From positions 79,066 through 143,065 of the forward strand of contig CAVFDI010000001.1 in the NCBI GenBank assembly GCA_963621145.1: a DNA stretch of 64,000 nt. Reading direction: 5' to 3'. A program made the position numbers and the translations under genes. Positions 1 to 11,800 of this stretch are shown here, in pieces. This stretch comes from Paludibacteraceae bacterium. GTDB taxonomy: Bacteria; Bacteroidota; Bacteroidia; Bacteroidales; Paludibacteraceae. Under the pieces are notes generated by a model. It was not told the DNA's origin, made no database searches, and saw nothing but the letters and a program-made list of their open reading frames with translations. Position 1 is the stretch's first letter, and the number at the start of each line of letters is the position of its first letter.

Positions 1-391
1 CAATGCTTTCGGTGCGCGACATGAATCCCATCGATTTGGTGAGCAGATAGTCGCCAACAAGCACTGCCGTTTGGTTGCCAAAGCGTGCATTCACCGATGG
101 AAGTCCGCGGCGCTGGTCGGTGCAGTCCACCACATCGTCGTGAAGCAGGCTGGCGGTGTGCAGCACTTCGAACGAGGCTGCCGCCAAATGGGTGCGAGCG
201 TTTATCTGACCTGCCACTTTTGCCGATAGCAGCGTGAGTGTTGGGCGCAGTTGTTTGCCTTTGCTTTGGGCTACATGGCTCAGTGCCGATTGCAACAGAG
301 CATCGGGCGAGTCGAACGCAGTGTCGAGCAACGCCTCGAAACGCTGCCATTCGTCGGCTAGTGGTTTGCGTATTTCATTCAAATCGGCCAT
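1..391 (-). CDS. trans-polyprenyl diphosphate synthase (IspB-like), N-terminal part; gene runs off the left edge
   Basis: Reverse translation from ATG 391..389 reads MADLNEIRKPLADEW...KGKQLRPTLTLLSAKV...ASLLHDDVVDCTDQRRG, the first Asp-rich LxHDDxxD-x4-RRG motif. There is no stop before position 1. Absent from the ORF track because it is truncated. Confidence 0.8.
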   Translation of the reverse strand, partial: MADLNEIRKPLADEWQRFEALLDTAFDSPDALLQSALSHVAQSKGKQLRPTLTLLSAKVAGQINARTHLAAASFEVLHTASLLHDDVVDCTDQRRGLPSVNARFGNQTAVLVGDYLLTKSMGFMSRTESI

Positions 392-418
392 TGGCGGCGA
401 TGGATTTTTTTCAGAGTG

Positions 419-426
419 CAAAAGTA
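419..426 (-). promoter_or_regulatory. Bacteroidota -7 box (TACTTTTG on minus strand)
   Basis: Plus-strand caaaagta is the reverse complement of TAnnTTTG, 28 nt upstream of the ATG at 391. Confidence 0.5.
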
Positions 427-471
427 CGAAAAATTTCGCTTACTTTAATTTCTCTTTAATCTGAATTTTTT

Positions 472-2484
472 TTACTTTCCGAGCAACTGTTTTTCAAGTT
501 TTAGCAATTCGTCGCGATACTGGGCTGCCTCGATGAAGTTTAGATCTTTTGCGGCTTTTTCCATCAGGCGACGAGTGTGTTCTATGGCTTTTTCAAGGGC
601 TTGTGGTGTCATCGATTTCACTACAGGGTCGGCGGCAAGGCTCGCAACTTCGGGTTCTACGTAGTAGTCGACGGGCTGCGGCTGTTTTTGTGGCGCAAGC
701 GACGAGATACCGTTTTTCACTATTGGCGTGGGAGTGATGTGATGTTCCTCGTTGTAGCGCAACTGCTTTTCGCGTCGGCGGTTGGTCTCGTCGATGGTGC
801 GCTGCATGCTCTCGGTGATGGTGTCGGCATACATGATTACTTTGCCGTTCACATTGCGTGCCGCGCGACCAGCCGTCTGTGTGAGCGAACGGTGATTTCG
901 CAAAAATCCCTCTTTGTCGGCATCGAGAATGGCAACGAGCGACACTTGCGGAAGATCTAATCCTTCGCGCAGCAGGTTGATTCCTATCAGCACATCGAAA
1001 AGTCCGTTGCGCAAGTCGTTCAAAATCTCTACGCGCTCTAGCGTTTCGATGTCGGAGTGAATGTAGCGACAGCGCACGCCCATTTTTGTGAAATATTTGT
1101 CCAACTCCTCGGCCATGCGTTTGGTGAGTGTGGTTACAAGCACGCGTTCGTCTTTTTCGGCACGCTGCGCAATCTCTTCCAGCAGATCGTCTATCTGGTT
1201 CAGACTTGGGCGCACTTCGATGATGGGGTCTAGCAGTCCTGTTGGGCGAATGACCTGTTCCACCACTACGCCTTCCGATTTTTGCAGTTCGTAGTCGGCA
1301 GGCGTGGCGCTTACGTAGATGGCTGTATGCACAAGGCTTTCGAACTCTTCGAATTTCAGTGGGCGATTGTCGAGCGCGGCAGGCAGACGAAATCCGTAGT
1401 CGACCAAATTTTGCTTGCGCGAACGGTCGCCGCCAAACATGGCGTGAACTTGCGGCAGCGTAACATGGCTCTCGTCGACAAAAAGCAGAAAATCTTTCGG
1501 AAAATAGTCGAGCAGACAGAATGGTCGCGTGCCAGGTTGTCGCCCATCGAAGTAGCGCGAATAGTTCTCCACGCCAGAGCAGTAACCCACTTCGCGTATC
1601 ATTTCGAGGTCGTAATTCACACGTTCTTCGAGACGTTTTGCTTCGTATGGTTTGCCCATTTCGCGCAGTTCTTCGGTGCGTTTTCCAAGGTCGATTGCTA
1701 TCTGGTCGATGGCGGTGTTGATGCGTTCGCGTGTGGTTACGAAAATGTTGGCAGGGTAGATGTTGAACGCGTCGAAACGTTCGATGGTGTGGTTGCTGGC
1801 AGGGTCGATGGCTTCGATGCTCTCCACCTCGTCGTCCCAAAAGATGATGCGCAAAACGTAGTCGGCGTAGGCCAAAAAAATGTCCACGGTGTCGCCTTTT
1901 GCGCGGAAATTGCCGTGGTTCAAATCTATCTCGTTGCGCGTGTAGAGTCCGTCAACCAAGCGGCGTAAAAGGTCGTCGCGAAGCAGACGTTTGCCGCACT
2001 CCACGCGAATGGCAGTGTCGTGAAAATCTTCGGGATTGCCAATGCCGTAGAGGCACGAAACCGACGAGATGACTACCACATCTCTTCGCCCCGAGAGCAG
2101 TGCCGAAGTGGTGGCAAGTCGCAGTTTTTCAATCTCGCCATTGATGGCAAGGTCTTTTTCGATGTAAGTGTCGCTGCTCGGAATGTAGGCCTCGGGTTGA
2201 TAGTAGTCGTAGTACGAGACGAAATATTCCACCGCATTTTCGGGGAAAAACGCTTTGAATTCGTCGTACAGTTGCGATGCCAGTGTCTTGTTGTGGCTCA
2301 AAATGAGCGTGGGGCGATTCAGATTTGCCACCACATTGGCCATGGTGAAAGTCTTACCCGAACCCGTAACGCCCAGCAGTGTTTGAAACGGCACACCGCT
2401 CTCGACCCCTTCGGTGAGTTGCCGAATGGCCTCGGGCTGGTCGCCTGTGGGCTTGTAGTCAGAAACGAGCTTGAATTTTCCCAT
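472..2484 (-). CDS. uvrB: excinuclease ABC subunit B
   Basis: ORF 472..2628 trimmed to the ATG at 2484 (MGKFKLVSDYKPTGDQPEAI). Has Walker A GVTGSGKT, helicase motifs and a C-terminal UVR motif (FIEAAQYRDELLKLE). Confidence 0.97.
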   Translation of the reverse strand: MGKFKLVSDYKPTGDQPEAIRQLTEGVESGVPFQTLLGVTGSGKTFTMANVVANLNRPTLILSHNKTLASQLYDEFKAFFPENAVEYFVSYYDYYQPEAYIPSSDTYIEKDLAINGEIEKLRLATTSALLSGRRDVVVISSVSCLYGIGNPEDFHDTAIRVECGKRLLRDDLLRRLVDGLYTRNEIDLNHGNFRAKGDTVDIFLAYADYVLRIIFWDDEVESIEAIDPASNHTIERFDAFNIYPANIFVTTRERINTAIDQIAIDLGKRTEELREMGKPYEAKRLEERVNYDLEMIREVGYCSGVENYSRYFDGRQPGTRPFCLLDYFPKDFLLFVDESHVTLPQVHAMFGGDRSRKQNLVDYGFRLPAALDNRPLKFEEFESLVHTAIYVSATPADYELQKSEGVVVEQVIRPTGLLDPIIEVRPSLNQIDDLLEEIAQRAEKDERVLVTTLTKRMAEELDKYFTKMGVRCRYIHSDIETLERVEILNDLRNGLFDVLIGINLLREGLDLPQVSLVAILDADKEGFLRNHRSLTQTAGRAARNVNGKVIMYADTITESMQRTIDETNRRREKQLRYNEEHHITPTPIVKNGISSLAPQKQPQPVDYYVEPEVASLAADPVVKSMTPQALEKAIEHTRRLMEKAAKDLNFIEAAQYRDELLKLEKQLLGK

Positions 2485-2569
2485 TTTCAACCGATTTTGC
2501 GAAAAAAACTGTTGATAACTTTCCAAAAAATGACGAAAATCTGACGATTTTTGCCTTTTGAAAACGCTG

Positions 2570-2577
2570 CAAAGGTA
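2570..2577 (-). promoter_or_regulatory. -7 box (TACCTTTG on minus strand) for uvrB
   Basis: Plus-strand caaaggta, 86 nt upstream of the uvrB ATG. Confidence 0.5.
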
Positions 2578-2735
2578 CAATTTTTCCGAAAAACCACCAT
2601 TTTTAGGGCAAAAGTTATCACCGTGCAAAGTTCATAAGTTGTTGATAACTTGGCACTTTTGTCGATAAAGTGTGTTTTTTGTGCGATTTTTGCAAATTTT
2701 TTCGAGAAATACACACTATATATGGAAAAAAGTGG

Positions 2736-2743
2736 TAAATTTG
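2736..2743 (+). promoter_or_regulatory. -7 box TAAATTTG, candidate promoter of the giant gene
   Basis: Matches TAnnTTTG, 81 nt upstream of ATG 2824. No clear -33 TTTG was seen. Confidence 0.4.
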
Positions 2744-2823
2744 TCCGTTATATATGTTGATAACTTGCCGAGAGTGTAATTTTTCGGCCGAAAACAAAGA
2801 AAAACAATCCAAAACCTGATATT

Positions 2824-2895
2824 ATGAAACGTTTCAGTTTGAGTTTTGCTGCTGTTGTTGTCTCGTTGTTGAGCATCGCTCCGCTCGCCAATGCG
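2824..2895 (+). other. Sec signal peptide of the giant protein
   Basis: MKRFSLSFAAVVVSLLSIAPLANA|Q has a basic N-region, a hydrophobic core and an A-x-A cleavage motif. Confidence 0.8.
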
Positions 2896-5800
2896 CAGAC
2901 AACATTTACTCCAATCGTAACACCAAGCAACGAGGTTTGCGCCAACGAAGGGGTTACTCTTTCACTTACTCCAAATGATGGCGGTACCTATCAGTACAAC
3001 TGGAAGTGGACCGATGGCACTGGGAATACGAACAACAGAAAGGATCAGCAGACGATTACCGACAATCCTTCGGCAACAACCACTTACGAGTGGTGGGCTT
3101 ACGATGAGTATAGCGACCTTGCAGGGCATGGCACGGTAAGTGTGAATGTAAATTCCGCGCCTACGGTAACAGCCGACCCATCGACCTACTACGTGGTTTC
3201 GGGCGGAAATGTTACACTCAAGGTTTCGGGTAATGCATTGGCAAAATCGTTCGAGTGGACTGCCGCCGATGGAACAGTACAGGCGTCGACCACCGACGAA
3301 CTCAATCTTACAAACGTTACTGAAGATACACAATATAGCGTTGTGGCCGTTGGAGCGAAAGGCTGCAAAAGCAAATCAGTTACTGTAAAAGTTGTTACAT
3401 TCGATGTAGAAGCGAGCAATAAAACGGTTTGCTATGGCGAACAAGTTACGCTTACTGCAAAATCGAATGGCGCTGCAAAATTCTATTGGGACGATGGTTT
3501 TGTAGGTCAAACTCACACCGTCACTCCTACTGGTACTCCTACAACAACCTACACTGTAACCATCAAAGACGCTAACGACGCTTTGATGGCAACGCAGCAG
3601 ATAGAGGTGAATGTGATTGCTAAACCTGTGGTTACTCTTACGCCAGACGAAACCAACATTTGCGCTGGCAAGACTGTAACCATTGTGGCTACAAACAACA
3701 CGGGACACAAGGGTACTTATACTTGGAGTGAAGCGAGTGTTAGTGGCAATTCGTTGACAGTTGAACCAACCATCACCACCACCTACTGGGTAAAATTTAA
3801 AGATGCTACCACGGATTGCGAGAGTGATAAGACATATTGCACCATCAATGTAAGCCAAACGGGTTCGGCCTCGATAAATGGAGCAAACTCTACTTGCGTG
3901 AATACGCCGATAGAACTCACCGTTTCGGGCGGCACGCCACAACGCTGGTTCGACGAGAATGGTATCGACATTACAATGCCATACACGCCTACTTCGGTTG
4001 GCACAAAAACCATCTATTGCATAGTGAAAGATGCCAATGGCTGCGAGGTGAAAGCACAGAAAACCATTACAGTTGCGCCTGCACTCTCGCCAACCATCTA
4101 TGGCAATTTCGAAATTTGCGTAGGCGAATCGGCCACACTGTCCGTTTCGACCGATGGCGCAACCTACTTGTGGAGCAACAACTCTACCGAACAAAGCATC
4201 ACTGTGAGCCCAACTTCGGATGCTTCGTATTGGGTTGATGTTACAAAAAATGGCTGCACAGCACGAAAGGAACAAAAAGTTACTGTCCATGCCAAACCGA
4301 CCATCAACATTACTGGCGGAACTACTATTTGCAAAGGTAGTACGGCGGTTGTTACAGCCGTAGCAACTGGCGGCAGTGGCTCATACACTTACGCTTGGAG
4401 CGACGAGCCTAGCACCATCAACGCAACATTGCGTGTGGCACCAACCACCACAACAACCTATAAAGTAACTGCTACCGATGCCGTTACTGGTTGCAGCAGC
4501 GAAAAATCGGTAACTATTGTTGTCGAAAGCAATACGCCACCAACCATTCTCGGCCCAACTACGGTTTGCAAGGGTGTAGACTTCACTCTTACCGCTTCCG
4601 ATGGTGACTCGTTTGCTTGGGACGACGACGCTAGCACCACCAAGGCAAGCATGACCGCTAGTTTGACTACCGATCGCACCTACACTCTGACGGTGAAGAA
4701 AGGCAGTTGCACCTACACCGTTCAGCACAAAGTGACGGTTGAAGATGGCCCAGTTGGCGAAATCACTGGCGAAACCAGCATTTGCAAGGGTGGCAGCACC
4801 AAGCTGACTGCACCTGCAGGCACATCGTACACTTGGAGCACTGGTTCTACCGAGCAATCAATCACTGTTACAACAGCTGGCACCTATTGGGTAGAAGTGA
4901 AGAAAGGCAACTGCACGCTGCACAAAGACATCACCATAACGGTGAACACGCCAACCGATGCCTCTATCAGCACTCCTGATGGATTGACTCTCTGCGCCAA
5001 CAACGAACTTGGACTTAAATTGGTGGCTTCGGAAGGCAAGGCCTATAAATGGAGTCCAACGGGCGAAACTTCGCAAGAGATCACTGCCAAACCAACATCA
5101 ACCACACTCTATTCGGTTACTGTAACCGACGCTCATGGTTGCGAATCGACTGCTTCTGTGCTGGTTACGGTTGTAGACGATCCTACCGAATTGGCGTTGA
5201 ACGCATCGAAAACTACAGTTTGCAAAGGTGAAAATGTGATTCTCACTGTGCTGAATGCTCCTGCGGGCAGCACTATCTCGTCGAACGATGGCAACGTAAC
5301 GGGCAATGTAGTTACTCACACCGCTTCTATTAGCAAGACAGTAACCGTGAAGGTAAAATCTGGTACATGCGAATATGTTTTGACAAAAGACATTACTGTG
5401 CTCGATGCTCCTTCGGGAACGATTACTGGCACGACATCGTTCTGCCAAGGCGGAAGTACTGTGCTGGCTGCACCTGTTGCTCCTGCTGGTCAGGTCTACA
5501 CCTATTTATGGAATACGGGCGAAACCTCGTCGACCATCACCGTATCGGCAGTGGGCGATTATTATGTAACGGTGTCGAACGGCTCGTGCGAGACAAAATT
5601 GCCAGCCGTAACTGTTACGGAGAATGTTCCTGTAGCACCAACCATCACGGCAAGTAAAACAACCATTTGCGCCGGCGAAACCATCACCCTTACGGCATCT
5701 AATTATGGTGCAATAACGGGTTGGAACGATGGCATACAAAATCTTGGCAATGCACAAGTTATATCGGTGTCGCCAACCACTACCACCAACTACGAACTTG

Positions 5801-8800
5801 TAGTAACCGATGCCAACGGTTGCGAGGCGAAGGCTTATCAGCAGATTGTGGTGAGTGCGCCTATCGATGTAACTCTTACGGGCGACAATTCGGTTTGCGA
5901 AGGTGGCAGCATCAGCGTAACCGTGAGCGGTGCGCCTAGCGGAAGCACCTATTCGTGGTCGACCGCTGGCACGTTGAGCAATGGCGATGCCACTCTCACA
6001 TTCACACCAAATGTGAACGATGCTGCAGTGTCGGTAACTGTAACTCCACCTGCTGCAAAAGGTTGCGCTGTTACTAAGACCTTCTCGTTCACTGTAACGC
6101 CTGCTCCTACGGGAAACATTACTGGTGTAACATCTATTTGCAACGGCGGTAGCACCACACTGTATGCTCCTGCTGGGCCTGCGGGAACGACCTACAAATG
6201 GAACAATGGCGCAACAACGCAATCGATTACCACACCTGCGCTGTTCAAAAATACCACCTATTCGGTCGACATTGTTTATCCAACGGGATGCACATTGTCG
6301 CCAACGCCTGTCATTGTGAAGATAAATGCTGCGCCAACTGGCACCATCACTGCTTCGAGCGATGTGGTTTGTGTGGGCGAACAGGTTGAACTCACTGTTA
6401 CTTCAGCAACCGCTACTGGCTGGAGTTGGAGCAACGGAACAACTGGCACGAACAAGGCTTACTACACACCAACCACCAGCGGCAATGTTCAATATTATGT
6501 CGACATTACTGCTAATGGCTGCACCGAGCGCGTCAGCAAAAACATCACAGTAGTTGATAAACCTGTGGCTGCCATCGATAAATCGGCATCGACCTCTTCG
6601 TTCTGCGAAGGCGAGCAGGTAACGGTTGTTGCTACGGGCGGTACGCGTTACGAATTGAACGGACAAACTAGCACCACTGGTGTATTCTTGCTCAACCCAA
6701 CAGCAACTACCACTTACACCATTTCGGTATTCAACGAAAATGGTTGCGAAAGTCTGGTAACGCACACCGTAACCAAACTCGCACCAACTGCCGAACCGAG
6801 CATTGTGGCGAATGGGTCGCTCGAACTTTGCGTAGGCGATAGTCGCACACTCTCGATCAATAATGGCACAGTAGTCAATTGGATCGACGGCACATCTACA
6901 CCGAATTATATATATACAGCAACTTCGGCCGACTTGGGAACGAAAACAATCACTGCCAAAGTGAACGATTTGAACGGATGCAGCAAGTCGGTAAGTTTGG
7001 AATTTGTTGTTACTGAAATTCCTTCGGTGGCAATCACCACAACTAACGAAACCATCTGCAAAGGCGAAAAAGTAACTTTGACTGCTACACCGGGCTTGGC
7101 TTCGTATTCGTGGGAATCGGGCGAAAAGACTCAAGAGATAATTGTATCGCCAAGCATCACCACTACTTATGTCGTAACAGGAACTAACGCTGGCGGCTGC
7201 TCGTCGACGGCAAAAATAACCATCAATGTGGCGACACCTGATGCAGTATCGATTTCTGGTCCTGTCACGGCTTGCCCAGGCGAGAGCGTAACTCTGAGTG
7301 CTGTGGGCGGCAAAGCATGGAACTGGTCGCACGGACTTGGCACAAGCAATACGGCAACATTCAACGCTGCTACCACTACTACATACACTTGCGAAATTAC
7401 CGATTCGAAAGGTTGCGTAACCAAAGTTTCGCACACGCTCACCGTGAAAGAGACGCCAACGCCAACCGTTTCGGGTAACTTGAAAGTGTGCAAAGGTTTG
7501 AATACCACACTTAGCGCAAGCACCGCCGATGCCTACGAATGGAAGAAGGGCGCAACCGTGCTCAGCACTGCATCGACATTGACATTGACCAATGTTCAAA
7601 GTTCGGAAGATTACACGTTGACCGTAACTGTGAACGGTTGCCAAGCAAGCACTTCGTTCCGTGTAACGGCTTGCGAAAATCCAACTGATGCTGCTATCGT
7701 TGGTAAAGATAAAGTTTGCGAAGGCGAATCGGTTACACTCACCGCTGTGGGCAATGGTACTTATTCGTGGAGCACTGGCGCAACAGGCAGCGAAATAACT
7801 GTAATGCCAACCGCAGCCAACCACATCTACCAACTGACTGTTACCGATATGAACGGTTGCACGCAGATGGTACAAAAGAATATCACCGTATCGCCAACAC
7901 CATCGGTAACCATCGATGGTCCGACCGAGGTTTGCGCTGGACAGTCGGTTACTCTCTCCGCTAGCGGTACTGGCACGTTCTTGTGGGACGATGGCACAAC
8001 TACTACCGCAACTCTCAAAGTAACGCCTAGCGTAACGCGCGCTTACAAAGTAACCCTTACCGATGGTTCGGGTTGCACCGTAACCGCATCGCACACTGTA
8101 ACTGTGAAGACTTTGACCGCTCCGAAAATTTCGGCTGCGAAGACCGATGTCTGCAAAGGCGACAAAGTAACTCTTACTGCCACGGGCGAAACAGGTTGCA
8201 CCTTCACTTGGCCCGATTTGGGAAGAACGGGTGCTAGTATAGAGACTTATCCAACCACAACTACCACCTATAAAGTTACGGCTACGAACGCCACTGGTTG
8301 CACTGCCGATGGCTACATCACCATCAATGTACACGAACAGCCTACGGTAGCAGTTACGGTTACTAAGGCGGCAATTTGCGCTGGCGAATCGACTACCATC
8401 ACTGTAACGGGCGGCACGGAATATACTTGCAATGGCGAGACGAATACTTCTGGTATTTTCAATGTTTCGCCAACCAAAACTACACCATATAATATAGTGG
8501 TGAAAAATTCGGCGGGTTGCACCACAACAACATCGCAAACCATCACCGTCAACGAATTGCCTACAATCAGTGTTTCGGGAGTTGATAAAGCTTGCGCTGG
8601 CGAACTCATTAGCCTTACGGCTACGGGCGGCACCGAATATTTGTGGAGCAATGGCATGACATCGCAAACTGCCACCTATACGGTTTCTGGCACAGGTACC
8701 ATGTCGGTTTGGGTGAAAGGTAAGAACGCTAGCGGCTGCTGGAGCGGTCAAGTGGCGCACAACATCACCATCAATGCAAAACCAACCATTGCCGTTTCGG

Positions 8801-11800
8801 GAACGATGGATATTTGTGTTGGCAAATCGACCACACTGACTGCTTCGGGTGCAAGCACGTACGTTTGGACATGGTTAGGCGGCTCGGCTATGGGCAACAC
8901 GCTGAATGTGAATCCAACCGCTACTACCGTTTATAAAGTCGTTGGCACCGATGCCAATGGTTGTGTAGGCGAAACTTCGGTTACCGTGAATGTTTATCCT
9001 GAACCTACGGTTACCATAACAGGTCCGACCGAGGTGTGCGAGGGTGGCGAGATTACTCTTACTGCCAACGGCACAGGCACATTCTTGTGGAACACTGGCG
9101 AATCGTCGCAGCAGATAAAAGTGTCGGCGGCTGGAACCTATTCGGTTACCCTTACGGGCGAAGGCGGTTGCATTTCGAAAGCCGAATATGTTGTGAAACA
9201 GAAGTCAATCATTGCCAAGATAAACGATGTGATAGATGGCGTATCGACCATTTGCGAAGGTAGCGACATCATTCTTACCGCATCGGGCGGCAATGCATAC
9301 AAGTGGGACAATGGTCTGGGAACGAACGCTACCGTTACTGTAAAACCGACCACATCGACCACATATTGGGTGGAAGTTACCGACGCTTCGGGTTGCAGCA
9401 AACGCGTAAGTCATACCGTGAAAGTAACGCCAAAACCAACGCTCACCGTTGTGGGTAACACCACCATTTGCTATGGCGAGACTGCCAACATTACCGTTTC
9501 GGGTGCGAAGACCTATGTTTGGAGCGATGGCATTGGCACTGGCGCAAGCATCAAAGTGTCGCCAGTATCGACATCGACCTATACCGTAACTGCTACCGAC
9601 GAAAATGGTTGCGTTGCTACGCAAGATGTTAAAATCGAAGTTATTCCAACGCCTGTGGCTTCTATCAAGGCTAGCAAAACCACAGTTTGCGAAGGCGAAT
9701 CGGTTACACTTACTGCTGATGGCGGCGACAACTATGTTTGGGGCGATGGCAGCACAGGGGCATCTATCACTGTTACGCCAACTGCGCCAAGCACCACTTA
9801 CAAAGTTACGGCTTACAAGAATGGTTGCGCAAGTGCAGAGGTTTCGCAAGTCATCACTGTGAATGCACTGCCAACGGTAACCATCAAACCATCGGCAACC
9901 ACCGTTTGCAAAGGCGAAGAGGTTACACTTACTGCTTCGGGTGCAACATCGTACGAATGGAGCACTGGCGAAAAGACGCAAGCCATCACCGTTACGGTGA
10001 ATAGCGATGCCACCTATTCGGTAATTGGTACACAAAATGGCTGCCAAGGCACTGCCTCGCAGAGCATTAAAGTGGCTACACCGCCTACTATCAACATTTC
10101 GAGCAACACTGGAAAACTCTATATCTGCAATGGCGAAAGCATTACGCTGACCGCTTCGGGTGCAAACACCTACACTTGGTCTGGCGGATTGGGCAACACT
10201 GCTTCTATCACCGTTACGCCAACCGCTGACACTGAATACGAGGTCGAAGGCGTTTCGGCAAATGGATGCAAGGCTAAAGAGAAAGTCAAAGTAATTGTTT
10301 ACGACAAACCAAATCCAAAAATTACTGGCAATACCGAAATTTGCGAAGGCGACTACACCATTCTGACTGCCGACGATGCTAACGCCGTGGCTTGGGAGTG
10401 GAACACAGGTGCTAAGACTAAGAGCATCAATGCTTATCAGGCTGGAACTTACACCGTTACGGTAACTGGCAAAGGCGGTTGCACATCTACTGCTACGGCT
10501 ATTGTCACTTACTTAACGCCTATCAATGGTTCGATTAGCGGACCAGAAATTGTTTGCAAAGGCGAAAATGTAACTCTTACGGCTAGTGGTGGTAAGACCT
10601 ATCAATGGGATGAAAACACTGCCGAAAGCGAGAAACTTGTTCTTACCAACATACAAGTGAGTGGCACGCACTGGGTTACCATTACTGGTGCCAATGGCTG
10701 CACGCAGCGTTTGGGTCATTCTATCATTGTGAACGAACCTCCAACGCTCTCTATCACTGGTAATCAAACCTTCTGCGAAGGCGGAAGCACCACTCTTACC
10801 GCAGTCGGTACGGGCGATGTGCTGTGGAACACAGGAAGTACCAATCGCTCTATCACCGTATCTGCCGAAGGTGACTATACGGCTAAATTGACCGATGCTA
10901 ATGGCTGCTCGACATCACAAACTGTGCATGTAACGCGTAATCCATTGCCAGTGGCCATAATCACTGGTCCTACAAAGACTTGCGAGGGCGAACCTGTTAC
11001 ACTTAGTGTTTCGGGTGCCGAAAGCTACACTTGGAGCACAGGCGCTACGGGTCAAAGCATTACGGTTCAGCCTACTACGACCACAACCTACACCGTTACA
11101 CCAAAGACTGGACTCTGCATTGGCGATCCCGCTTCGTTCACCATAACTGTGAACAAGAAACCTGTAATCACCTTCAGTGGCGATTTGGAGATTTGTGCTG
11201 GCACTAAAGCCGTGATCACTGCCGATGCCGATGGCGCCGATCAGTATGTTTGGGGCGATGGATCGACGGGCGCGACATACACCACCGCTGTGCTCGAGTC
11301 GAACACCACATTTACCGTAACTGCTACAAATACCACTACGAATTGCTCGGCACAAAAACAGGTTACCGTCATTGTCAATCCGAAACCGGAAATCTCCATT
11401 TCGGGTACGACATCGGTTTGCGCTGGCGAATCGACCAAACTGACGGCTTCGCCTAGTGGCGCTACTTACGCATGGAGTAATGGTTCGACCAGTCGCACCG
11501 CAACCTTTAGCAATCTGATTAGCGACGAAGACTATTGGGTTGATGTAACCTTGGCTAACGGCTGCACCAATCGTCTCAATGGCACTATCAAAGTTTATGA
11601 TATGCCTGCTGCCGAAATCACTACAAACACTGGTACGAACACCGTTTGCCGTGGCGAAAGTATTACGCTTACTGCTTCGGGCGGAAACACCTATTTGTGG
11701 ACGCACGATGGCACGCGTAGCGCATCTGTTACCGTTACACCAACAAAAGATTCAAAATATACCGTGAAAGTGATTGGCGATGGCAACTGCTCGTCGACGG

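Larger units (their letters stand above)
2510..2766 (+). promoter_or_regulatory. three direct copies of the 12-mer TGTTGATAACTT (2510..2521, 2640..2651, 2755..2766) plus an inverted AAAGTTATCA (2611..2620)
   Basis: Exact matches read from the sequence. They lie in the divergent uvrB / giant-gene control region, and the third copy is in the giant-gene leader. Confidence 0.6.

Noticed and set aside
593-1840. 415-aa same-strand alternative-frame ORF and 228-aa antisense ORF (1282..1968) inside uvrB.
   Set aside because: uvrB is unambiguous over this span. The alternative frames give Arg/His-rich nonsense.
2513-2620. A 10-bp perfect inverted repeat flanking the uvrB -7 box, considered as an invertible promoter that could switch toward the giant gene.
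   Set aside because: The arms are short compared with typical invertons and are explained by the TGTTGATAACTT operator-like family. It is kept only as a sub-point of that finding.
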